Under the pieces are notes generated by a model. That model had not been told where the DNA came from and ran no database searches. It was given only the letters and a program-made list of their open reading frames with translations. From Haliotis cracherodii (taxonomy: Eukaryota), in assembly GCF_022045235.1 (NCBI RefSeq), contig NW_027266343.1, forward strand, positions 56,854,001 through 56,918,000: a stretch of DNA of 64,000 bases, given 5' to 3'. The position numbers and the translations under genes were made by a program. Positions 26,911 through 37,233 of this stretch are shown piece after piece. Positions within the stretch are counted from its first letter, which is position 1. Every line of letters starts with the position of its first letter.

Positions 26911-27829
26911 AAATCTATAACGTTAAGTTATGTATAATCTGGTTTTTTTAAAATATACACTGATATTTAGGATGCTGTATGTGTGTGGGAGGGCAATATT
27001 TAAGCCATTAGCTGTTGCGATACCAGCCAATGTTACAACATTAGTGTATGTTTGGCTTCCTTCAGTGGTGATATTATCCTACAGGAACAGCCTTGTGACC
27101 TCATAACGACTAACATAAGCTGAGATAAGGTGGACTTATAAAACATTAATGTAGATGGTAGGATTGCTTTTCAATCAGTCGATATTAGCTGACAGTTTTG
27201 TCAGTGCGTCTGTTCAATTAATCATTACTATTGATCGACTGAGTCGTACATTGCATGGGAGGGTCATCTGAACATAGCAAAAACAATATTTGATCAGAGT
27301 ATATGTCTGTATATTAAATACTATTTGGAATATGAATCAATAATTTAAACATCAAGAGTTTATCTTAATACTTTCACACATTCAATTAATAGAAACTTCA
27401 GATTGAAAATGACCATGACGTTTATTATCAGTTTTGCGTTTGTTTAACATGCAACTTACATAGAATTATTCAATACAGTGTATCAAATATTGCCAAAAAT
27501 GAACGGGTCATCTAAATTTCATTAATTTGCTTACTTTAAAATAAATATTGATGGCTACAACAGAATATTTTAAATGGTCCAGTGACTTATTTTTATCGAC
27601 TCATATCAGTTTAGTTTTATTGACTCGTATCTGATAAGGACTTTTGCAGAGCATTCGTCGACTTGGTCCGTCAATTAATCACTCTATCAAAACCACCCTT
27701 CAGTGGTATCGGGTTTCATATAAAAACCTAATACCCATGAAGCTGAAATTCTAGCAAGCCATTACACGGATCATATACAACCGAATTTGTCTTCGTAATA
27801 AAATACTGTAATATGATCATACCTGACAT
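13286..27829 (-). CDS. THEG: Testicular haploid expressed gene (THEG/SPMAP2)-like repeat protein, 7 coding exons, 308 aa
   Basis: Exons 27829-27823, 20865-20835, 20325-20263, 19663-19526, 16920-16783, 15163-14908, 13579-13286, all GT-AG and phase-compatible (927 nt): MSAEFERIRERGRDRLLQLSKPK...W.IPKSAM..ASNRVSELATPK...WNVSPKAM..ASQRVMELAKPK...PSERIESLATPK...ASSRLDELSQP. Repeated W.V...A....S.R..ELA.PK units are THEG repeats. The two small 5' exons are less certain than the last five. Confidence 0.85.
13858..14185 (-). mobile_element. tRNA-derived SINE family C (V-SINE-like central domain)
   Basis: Minus strand has A-box GTGGTCTAGTGG, B-box GGTTCAATCC, then GGTTGTACTTGTTGTTACCCTGTCTGGCGCTCGGCATTAAGG; homologous to 34190-34435 and 54132-54468. 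Confidence 0.8.
14310..14530 (-). mobile_element. SINE family D copy (degraded)
   Basis: Homologous to 48030-48292, 54870-55098 and 56698-56974. Confidence 0.7.
15175..15735. repeat. Compound tandem repeat of 15- and 24-bp units (GAGATAAATGGGTGT / GAGATAACCAA)
   Basis: Direct reading; abuts the acceptor of the THEG-like exon 15163-14908; explains the ISHPF/YLTPI ORFs. Confidence 0.92.
16190..16395. repeat. Degenerate ~38-39-bp tandem repeat, ~5 copies
   Basis: TTTGAGGCTACTGGGATTGCTAGATGTATGATTGCTG-type units. Confidence 0.75.
18407..18513. mobile_element. MITE-like element, 18-bp terminal inverted repeats
   Basis: GGCCCCGTTCCACAAAGC ... GCTTTGTGGAACGGGGCC perfect TIRs around 71 bp; GGCC ends resemble PIF/Harbinger-type MITEs. 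Confidence 0.75.
18950..19222 (+). mobile_element. SINE-like family B, full-length copy
   Basis: Full match from GACCCGT head to (CAAC)n tail. Confidence 0.85.
20980..21856. repeat. Left arm of inverted segmental duplication (partner 28373-29525)
   Basis: Unique sequence plus embedded family A and B SINEs align in reverse complement to 28373-29525. Confidence 0.92.
24103..24264 (+). mobile_element. SINE family A copy with 12-bp TSD
   Basis: TCAGTCATGCAG at 24091-24102 and 24265-24276. Confidence 0.88.
24268..24795. repeat. ~52-bp minisatellite, ~10 copies
   Basis: GTCATGCAG recurs at 24268, 24320, 24373, 24425 and onward; units end CTCGTGGGGTAC. Confidence 0.88.
25094..25582. mobile_element. 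MITE / non-autonomous DNA transposon with ~65-bp imperfect TIRs
   Basis: AGGCAATGGAGTTAACTGACTG..CCACCCTTGCCGAACTAGGCTG versus CAGCCTAGTTCGGCAAGGGTGG..CAGTCAGTTAACTCCCTTGCCT; a solo end of the same family at ~8828-8890. Confidence 0.8.
26834..26908. repeat. Compound microsatellite (TA)n(GA)n
   Basis: Direct reading. Confidence 0.95.
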
Positions 27830-28372
27830 AGCTGTGTTTGTTTCGGGGGCTCTCAGTGCTTGTTCCGCCTGTTCTATCTCGTCCCTCCAATTTGACTACT
27901 CCATTGTAGCAGCTCTGCTCCTACACCGGCGTCACATAGCAACACACGCGCTTGTTACGTCACGTGACTCTGATCCTCTTAACACGCGATCATTAGTTGG
28001 ATTATCGAGATTATCCCAGCGCGAACGCTCGCTAGTTTAGAAGGGGGAGTAAGGGGTGGTGGTCTTAGCGACCGATAAGGGCGGGATATTGGCAGCCGGT
28101 TACTAACGCCATGCTAGGCGTGAGACTGTCACTTAGACATGGGAGTGTGGTAGCATTGTGTCGAGGACTTTATCAAGCAAAAGGGACACTGTATTTGTTT
28201 CGTGAAATATAAACTTGTTGTTTTTAAGATGTGTGAGAGCCAATTCATTAACGAAGACTTTTTAAAACGATACATAAGTATAGAGTTTATTTAACAAGAA
28301 ATTCCATTCTTATACTAGAAATCATGAAAATAATGCAATTCCTAATTTCTTAACTGGAAAGGCCATTTTTAA

Positions 28373-29525
28373 ATACCGTAAATCATGAAATTAATGCATC
28401 TCCTAATTAATGCCAGTGTCGACCCTTGGTCTGTGTGTCATGAAATTAATGCAGGTAGCATTACCCTTGAACTTGAAAAAACTTATCAGCAAATGATTAC
28501 CCGAAGACAATAGGCTTAGAATTCCATGACTTAGTATTGGGTGATAGCGGTTCAATTGAATAATATCAACACAAACCTAACTACAACTGCTTGACATGTG
28601 ATCTAACTTTAATGACATCAAAAGCAGGAAATTCCATGTAAGGCCTATTCAGATGAGATAGGTCAGGTCGACAACGGAGATTTACAGGTTCCAAGTGTTG
28701 ATGCACTTGTTATTGCAATCATCTGAACGTAATGAGCAGTGTTATGTTGATTGGTTGGTTGATTTGTTGTTTAACGCCGCACTTAGCAATATTCCAGCTA
28801 TATGACGGCGGTCTGTAAATAATCGAGTCTGGACCAGACAATCCAGTGATTAATATCATGAGCATCGATCCACGCAATTAAGATCGATGACATGCATCAA
28901 CCAAGTCAGCGGGCCTGACCACCCGATCCCGTTAGTCGCCTTTTACGACAAGCATGGGTTGCTGAAGACCTATTCTAACCCGGACCTTCACGGGTCAGCA
29001 GTGTTATGTATTCACCACGACTGCTGTCACTGCACTGTTTCACACCGCTTTCAGCAATATTCCAGCAATATCACGGCGGGGGACACCAGAAATGGGCTTC
29101 ACACATTGTACCCATGTCGGGAATCGGACGTGGGTCTTCAGCGTGACGAGCGAACGCTTTAACCACCAGGGTACCCGACTGCGAGACAATAGGAAGAATA
29201 TAACACATTCAGCAGCTGACGACTAACGGCATCGGGTGGTCAGGCTCGCTGACTTGGTTGATGCATGTCATCGATCCCAATTGTGTGGATCGATGCTCAT
29301 GATGTCAATCACTGTATTGTCTGGTCCAGACTTGATTATATTCAAACCGCTGTCATATAGCAGGAATATTGTTGAGTGCGGCGTTAAAAACCAAACAAAC
29401 AAAAACCTCCCCAATATCACACTAACCACGTTGTATTTTCTACCTACAGGTGTGAAAGGTAAACGTGTATTCAGAGATTTAGATTGTTCAAGGTTTCAAT
29501 GGATTCGTTCATGTTTCTGCATCTT
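28373..29525. repeat. Right arm of inverted segmental duplication (partner 20980-21856)
   Basis: Reverse-complement match; carries one extra SINE B insertion. Confidence 0.92.
28747..28996 (-). mobile_element. SINE-like family B copy with 12-bp TSD, absent from the paralogous arm
   Basis: AGCAGTGTTATG at 28735-28746 and 28997-29008; single target site at ~21496-21507 in the other arm. Confidence 0.92.
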
Positions 29526-29888
29526 GAAACAACAAACCAACAAACGTGGTGATATTGTTAGATATGGACAGTAGGGCAAATGATGAAACATGGTAGTTTT
29601 GCTTTATAATTCCCAACAAGCCCTCGCTTTTTCATAGCTCACTTAATGAAATGGAGACATATGTAATCTTTGAGTCTTAGGAAATATATGGAGACATTTT
29701 CAGGCGAAAAAGGCTCAAGGTATTCGCTTTTCGGCCATATGAAAAACGAACTGTTATTATCATTTTAACAGTGATAAATATTTGCATCCAATCTTACTTT
29801 TCGTGCCTTGTGAAACCCCGGTTGACATCTCTACATGATACCATTACACGCGCGTGCAGCCCGGGCATGGAGGTTCTTCTGATTATGA

Positions 29889-30093
29889 TGACGTCATAGA
29901 AATGACGTCACTCTTTGTTGTGTGCTCTGTTAACATACTCGCGGTATTCGCATTTACAAATGAAATCTTTATTATGAAATATTGGGATGAGCAGTACTGA
30001 TGTTATTCGTAAACATAATAAGACTCATTTCTTATGGCTAAGTACATTTAGATATATGTGATACATTCCTGACGCCATAGATATATGACGTCA
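29889..30093 (+). promoter_or_regulatory. CRE (TGACGTCA) cluster upstream of the basic-protein gene
   Basis: Perfect palindromes at 29889-29896, 29903-29910, 30086-30093; near match TGACGCCA at 30070-30077. Confidence 0.65.
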
Positions 30094-30295
30094 CAATCGC
30101 TCCTCCAGCACAAGCCGGCGTCATTTTATCTTGGACAGTTCGGCGACGTTATCAACTGTTACAGACACATTGCTTGCTGCTGTTGTTGTTCAAGGTAAAT
30201 GTTGATCAAACAGTAGGTCCTGATCGTGTTCTCTGTCTTCTTCCACAGTGTATCTGTCCCCGCTCCCTGGCACCGGCGTCGTGGCTGAAGTGAGG

Positions 30296-33200
30296 ATGGT
30301 CGCCGGGCGCCGCATCACACGGGGCTATGAGGCTGGGAGGAGGAACGGACACTACAACACCACCCCTCCCCACACCGACAGCAACAACAGCACTGGGTCG
30401 ATGGGTGTGTGGTTTGTAGATGATGTTTGTGGTTCCTGGTCCAATAACGGTTATCTCTTTCCGTGACCTGATATTTTCATGAGCTGAGCAGACACGAGAG
30501 AAATTGATTACTTCACAAGAAAAGACAATTTGTTTGTTAATTGTGTACTTTATTGTTGATTTGTCTCCTGTGTCTAGTGTTATTAAGGAAGACTAAAAAT
30601 AGTTCAACTTTTTCTCTCAGATTAAGACAGTATTTCATCACTCAATACATTATAATGTCTCATGTAGCATATTCCCGTATCAATCATATCACCGTGCTAT
30701 TGTGTCATTTCAAGCCGTGGAGTAGAGTGGATTGAAACGGATCGGGTGGACAGGTTCGAGCTACAGATTAGCAGCGTATTTGCGTAACCCCCCCCCCCCC
30801 CCCCCCCAATATATTAAAAACTCAATAAGTTCAATTAACTTGCCAGAAACGCATGCATTAAATGAAAAACTAAAATGTATAAATAAAAGCACGCGTAAAT
30901 ACCCAATGAACCTTCTTTAGCTTGCTTCGCTCGTCACGCCAGAGACCCGGGTTCGATTCCCGACATGGGTACAATGTGTGAAGCCCATTTCTGGTGTCCC
31001 CCGCCGTGATATTGCTGGAATATTGCTAAAAGCGGCGTAAAACCATACTCACTCACTTACTCTTCAGCTTGCGTACACATTTAGGAGGTAATTTTCGAAA
31101 CCAATTACGAGTTATTTAAATCAGGCCTTTATATTAAGAACAGTTATAATGTACATCTAAAACATTATTTCATTATTTTTTAAATCTTAAAATTACCCAA
31201 TTAAAATAGAAACACTAGAGTGAAAACTCAATTGCTCAAAAAGTTATCTGGGGCTCTGGACCCTCTGCTGATGGCGTGTAATGGCGATGTAATGGTGCGT
31301 TGCTCACGACTTCGCTCATTGGTTTGCATAGGTACAGGATGTCGTGATATTGCTGAAATATTGCAGACTGCGACTTAAAATTAAATTCTCTCACTCATTC
31401 ATTATCCTGTCATCTCGATGTCTTTTAACTGATTTTCGCTAAGACCTGCCTGGGAAATACCTCTCGTGGCAAATGAGTGAGTATGGTTTTACGCCGCTTT
31501 TAGAAATATTTCACGGCAGGGGGACGAGCGGACGCTTTAACCGCAAGGCTACCCCACCGCCCCATATGGCAAATGAAAATCCACTTCCAATGTACACTGA
31601 CCAATGTGTTGGCTCTGGTAGTAAGATACAATATATGTTAAGCACGGTGTAAAAACAATCATTACTTATTGTTACTTTTCAATCATCTTTTGTGTCAATG
31701 TGTGAAAATTGTACCTGTATTGTACAGGTAAACAAAAGCAGATACCATACACCGGTAAAATTGTTGCAACACGATACATCGAGAAACGTATAGGTCTCCA
31801 TAGACAAACATTTAGTCTCTGAAATCTTATATTACACAAGATCCTTCTTGACTCTAAAAAAAAAAAAAATCCCTATGCTAATTTGAGCTGGCTAGACTTG
31901 CTTTTGTATGCATTTCTAGATTATGTTTTTTTCATAAAATAACTATATTCCACGGTCATGGTGCAGGACTAAGGTCTCCATTGTATGGTATGAAAATGGA
32001 TATTTATGTTATGTATGCAGTCTACAGTCTGCAGTTTTTCATACAACATATAATTACTGACACCGACTGATGTACAATGACAAAACCATTTTTTTCAACA
32101 GAGAGGGTCATGTCACGTGTAAAACGGAAACTGAACTTCGGCAGGAAGCCGCCCAAGGAAAGGGACGTAACTCCTACCACCTCAAATACAAGCAGGGCCA
32201 GTAAAAAGGTGGGCAATTCGTTTGAATTAGTTCAGTTAAACAAGCACAATCCAGGTATAAAGAAATATCCCTGTTTCAACATTCTAAGCTGAAGACCTCG
32301 ATCATTTGTATGTGTGATTAAAGTGTACATCCATACATTTCCGATTATTACTCAGAGAGATTCATGAGAAATGGCCTTTCGAGTTGGTCAAGAATGGACC
32401 ACTCGCCCCTTTCCGTAACCTGCAAGAAATCTCCATTCGGCTTGTCCCGGAGTGACACGAGTTTGTCACGAGTGGATATAGCACATTCGTCACCACTCGC
32501 CCCTTTCCGTAACCTGCAGGAAATGGCCATTAGGCTTGTCCATTCGTTACCACTCGCCCCTTTCCGTAACCCGCAAGAAGATCGCTATTCGGGTTGTCCC
32601 GGAATAACATGAATTGGTCTCTAATGTAGGCTTGTCGTGGAATAACACGAATGGTCATGGTTGAATAGAGCATGGTCAACTGATATGAATAAAAATATGT
32701 TCTCTGATAAGCAACATGTCAGACAGGTTTGTTTTATTCGTGAGAATCAATCCGGATTGTTGAAGACGGAATTACCAGTCGTAATGAATTACCTGTACAG
32801 CTGTAAACTTTATGGTAATTATTTATTTATTGTGTCAGCACTGAGTATATTGTTTGATTGTGTTTATATTTCAGATCGCTGGTTACTGACAGTTTCCACT
32901 ATACACCTGTTAAGTTTTAGTAACATTTGCGCTTACCTGCTATGGGCATTGGGTCCACCACCACAAAAGCAGTTGTTAGCGTGTTCTTAAAATATATAAA
33001 AATACCTTCGAAACATAAATGGAAATTTTAATTTGTAATATATTATATACGAGTGCTCTGATTTTTTTCAAATATATTTAGCTTCAGGTCTGCCGAAATT
33101 GGATAGGGTAGTGGTTTAAATATTTGCTCATCACTCCAAAGGCCCGTAATGGAGTACTCCCTTTGTACAATGGATGAAGCCCATTGCTGGCGTCGGATGC

Positions 33201-33687
33201 CTGGATATTGCTGTTTAAAAGTGCAATAAAACTAATCTTACGCAGGCTGTCAGTCGCTGTGCCTGAAAGTCAATATTAACTGCCCATCATTCGAATGCCA
33301 TTGCCCAAAGTTCAGTATAGCCTAATGAATTTAGAATTTTTCGAAAGGATAGTCTTTCGTTATAAATTTACGAGGCGTTATCAATGATTGATTTATCGTT
33401 ACCAATAGAAATCAAAGACCGGCTCAAGGGTTCGGAATGTGAAAAAGTCAGTTCGAAGAAACCGAAACACAGTCTCTCGTGAACTGCGCAATCTCCTGAA
33501 CTCTGCTGCGACTGTTATACTTCCTGTGCGCCTCCGTTCTGATATGCGCCGCTTGGACAGAACCGGAAGTACTAGTGGGGGAAGAATGGGGTCAGGTAGA
33601 GCAGGGTACCCCCTCAAGTCATCACCGGAAGTGACACACTTACCCAAGAGACGCAGCACACACAAGACGTTTCGCCGATCCAAGTAG
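30296..33687 (+). CDS. Unrecognised small Arg/Lys/Ser-rich basic protein, 3 coding exons, 164 aa
   Basis: Exons 30296-30404, 32102-32208, 33409-33687 join in phase (1, then 0): MVAGRRITRGYEAGRRNGHYNTTPPHTDSNNSTGSM-ERVMSRVKRKLNFGRKPPKERDVTPTTSNTSRASKK-KSKTGSRVRNVKKSVRRNRNTVSRELRNLLNS...KRRSTHKTFRRSK. Likely 5'UTR intron 30195-30248 (CAAG|GTAAAT...TTCCACAG). No family recognised. Confidence 0.62.
30925..31062 (+). mobile_element. SINE family A copy (5'-truncated)
   Basis: B-box GGTTCGATTCC, body and (TCAC)n tail match the consensus. Confidence 0.8.
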
Positions 33688-34189
33688 GTTGTAACCGGTA
33701 ACACTATTGTGAGATAAGGCGACTCTTTTATGTCTAATACCACTGTTTTCATCTGTTTTTTCTCTTCGTCATGTGTGTCACATGTGTGTCGAAGAATTGT
33801 TACAAAAGCTGTACTCAAATACTTTAGTTAGACACTTGTGTAAATAACCTGCAGATTTGTAATGTACGTTGCATAACTGTATTTACCTCCCTTGTTTTCC
33901 AGCTGTCACAGCTGTGGTTGTTTCTTGCAATGGCCGCCCTTGGTCACGTCGTTAGTTGTTTGAGATGTTGTATATATCGTGCATCCATTCTGTTTGCTTG
34001 TTACTTGTTATCTTCGTTTTCTTAGCAGTTGAAAATATAGTGCTTCTATTTTGTTGATCTTGTCCATACTGTCATGATTATGATACACAAGCGTATTTGT
34101 GACCAGTCCTTGATAACATAATTACTGACATATAATATACTGGGGGATATTTTTGTGACATTGTGGGCTCAGTCTTCACTACAAACAAT

Positions 34190-34380
34190 TAAAAGATGGT
34201 ACTTGTTGTTCCCCTGTCTGGCGCTCGGCATTAAGGGGCTAAAACAAGGGCTGGTCGGCTCGGAGACCATGTACTGTGTCTGAGTGGGGTATTGATGTTA
34301 AACTGCAGCATGGTATCTCAGTGGGCTAGCACTATAAATCGGCATCAGTCCGGACTAGGACAAGTGCAAGCGCGCGCGCA

Positions 34381-34411
<31 letters not shown>

Positions 34412-34435
34412 AGCCCAATTTCACCTCATCTCACA
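34190..34435 (+). mobile_element. SINE family C copy (headless) with (CA)n expansion
   Basis: Central domain matches the 13858-14185 and 54132-54468 copies. Confidence 0.75.
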
Positions 34436-34794
34436 ACAAACATATATCCCCCAAAATAGTCCTGATCCCTGACTGGTCTTGTTCAGGCTACATATACCAG
34501 TGTGCCCTTCTCAATGGGAAGTACCCAATGCTCGTCGTAAAAAACCGACTCAACGAGGAATCGGACTATCAAGCTCAGTCACGTGTAGACAGAGTTATTT
34601 ATTGCCCACGGACATGTTGCTGGAATATTGACGACTGTCGCATAAAGTACTCATCACTCACCGAACTGATTGTTTTCAGAATCGTCCGCCACGTTGTATG
34701 AGCTTTGTACAGCGCCACGTGGTTTCCAGTGAAATTATGTAAAATCTCTGGGTTAGAATTTGTCTTCATCATCTCATACTTGTCTGAAAAGGCG

Positions 34795-35055
34795 GACCCG
34801 TGAAGATACGGGGTAGAATAGGTCTTCAGCAACCTATGCTTGTCGTAAAAGGCGTCTATGCTTGTCGTAAAAGGCGACTAACGGGATCGGGTGGTCAGGC
34901 TCGCTGACTTGGTTGATGCATATCGTCGATGCCAATTGCGTGGATCGATGCTCATGATGTCAATCACTGGATTGTCTGGTCCAGACTCGATTATTTACAG
35001 ACCGCCGTCATTATGCTGGAATAATGCTGAGTGTGTTGTTAAACAAAGAACCAAC
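34795..35055 (+). mobile_element. SINE-like family B, full-length copy
   Basis: Consensus match head to tail. Confidence 0.85.
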
Positions 35056-35348
35056 TTCGCAAGTGCTGGCCGATATATTAGATACCGCTTATTGCTGGCC
35101 CAGTAGTCCCGGAAGTGCGCACATGGTGCAGAGGACATCACCATCAGATACAGTTTAGGATATGATATGAATTTCTAGTCATATTTGTGTTTGTACGTCT
35201 TTGTCTTGAAGCTTACATGTAAATAAGGTGTACATAGACGAAGTGCCGTGCCAGGCTCGTCTTATGGGTGAATGAGTGAGTGAGGATGATCAGATTTGAT
35301 TATTTGCTGAGGCTATATCTCACTGTATTTGACCATATACTGCATAGA

Positions 35349-35471
35349 TATAATGAACCTAAAAAAATTAGGAATCATAAATATTTGGGGGAATAATTAG
35401 GTTTGAGCACACAATTTCGTAAAACATATCCCCCCAAATATTCACGATTCCTAACTCTTTTTGTTCGGTAT
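35349..35471. mobile_element. Short TA-flanked MITE-like element (Tc1/mariner-type ends)
   Basis: TTAGGAATCATAAATATTTGGGGGA versus TCCCCCCAAATATTCACGATTCCTAA; related copy at ~45039-45158. Confidence 0.6.
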
Positions 35472-35559
35472 ATTAGCCCGAATAGTGCTGACATGATTCA
35501 TTTATAGATCATTTCTGTTCATTTTCAATTCAAATGAATCTAAGGACCATTCGATTCAA

Positions 35560-36130
35560 ATCTTATTAACATCAGATCTAAGTTCTCGCTGCCCCTAAAC
35601 AAAGATCTGAGGACATCGCATTACGGGTCATGTCAGAACGACCTTTCGCGAACTTTGACCGACCACTGAAATGACAAACAAGAAGTCGACAAATGCCAAT
35701 TAGAAAGCAGCTTTCTCAAGCTTTACGGCACTCGTTTCAACCTGGCGACTTCCATTTCAGACTAGCTTGAAAAATATGTTGACACAGTTCTCGATTAAAA
35801 TTTTTGAAAACTGAACAAACGAATGTCTAATATATGGTTGCGATTGTATGGCAGTGCTTCCTACGTACTGTGCAACGCCGCCTTCGTTCAAATGTTTATC
35901 CCTCGGAAGCATAGATAGACGATAATTTTGACGGAGTCAGTCGTACGGGCTGTAACTGTCGTTCGGAATACACAGTGTTCACGCTTTCGAGGTTGCATGA
36001 TTAGGAAACACATTCCGACTCACTTTCATGATCTGGTAAGCCACGCTTTGATTGGTCGGATGAAAAGTCGTTCTGAATGGGATGTACTCAGATCTTTGTT
36101 TAGCGATAGCGAGATCGGATTTTAATGAGA
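35560..36130. mobile_element. MITE-like element with long imperfect TIRs
   Basis: TCTCGCTGCCCCTAAACAAAGATCTGAGGACATC versus GATGTACTCAGATCTTTGTTTAGCGATAGCGAGA. Confidence 0.7.
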
Positions 36131-37233
36131 TTGATTGGATTCTTCATATTACTATAGTTAATCTGTCGTACTATGTCAGATTAACTTTAGTAATATGAAG
36201 GAATGGGGTGACCCTTAACCTATTTTGAGTGGCATAGATTAAACATGTTATTAATGTATGGTTTAATGGCCACAACTTGTTTGGAAGTTATATGTATACG
36301 TCTGTCATGGTGCTCTCGTCATGTGTTTATGTTGGGCAAAGATGTGTGCACACTTAACTGTGACGCCACGATGAGCGTAGTTAGCCTAATCAATTACAGT
36401 TAACAAAACTGTGTTTAGACGTGTCACTTTGTTCACCAGAATACACACCGAAGAAAACGGCATACCTGTTTTTGCACCTTCTAATCCATGATCATTCATT
36501 ATGCAAGTCTATCATCAAACCATGCAAGTCTTTGATTCACTTTGGTTACCAGTACTGTGTACATAGTATGATTTTTCTGAAAAGATAAATTTATGGAAAC
36601 AAACTTTTTTTTGTGATGTTACAGTGTGTTCTTTGAATATGCCTGCTCTTTCTTAGAGAACCGTATTAAATTGGAATCAATTCATTCAACTATTAAAAAG
36701 TAAACAAATTGTTTACTGCCACACTCAGCAATTTTCCAGACCAGACAATCCAGTGATCGACGTCATGAGCCTCGATCTACGCAATTGGGATACGATGACA
36801 TGCATCATCAATCAAGTCAGCAAGCCTGACCACCCAATCCCGTAAGTCGCCTTTTACGGCGAGCATGGGTTGCTGAAGACCTATTCTACCCCGGATCTGC
36901 ACGGGTCATTCAACGAGTATTGTGAATGTGATGACGGTAGCAATAAATGATTAATTAATGACGTTGGTGGATCATTGGTTAATATAAGGGTAACGCTATT
37001 TTTCAGGGCATTATCATTTGCAAAAGTCCGAGGTCTTCCATTAACTGCCCGACTGTTAAAATGGATAGAATTTATAATCAAATAAAAATAAATAGAGGAT
37101 ATCACGCGAGTGTGTTTGTGGATGGTAAATATCCTGCATTAGGAATAAACATTGTATTTAGCGAGCCTTAGGTAAGTGATGTGTCAGTCGGACAGTGACA
37201 GTAGCCAATATAGTTCCAACTGAAATCTGTTTC

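Noticed and set aside
33399-33818. 139-aa minus-strand ORF
   Set aside because: Antisense shadow of the + strand basic-protein exon; non-ATG start and no splice support.
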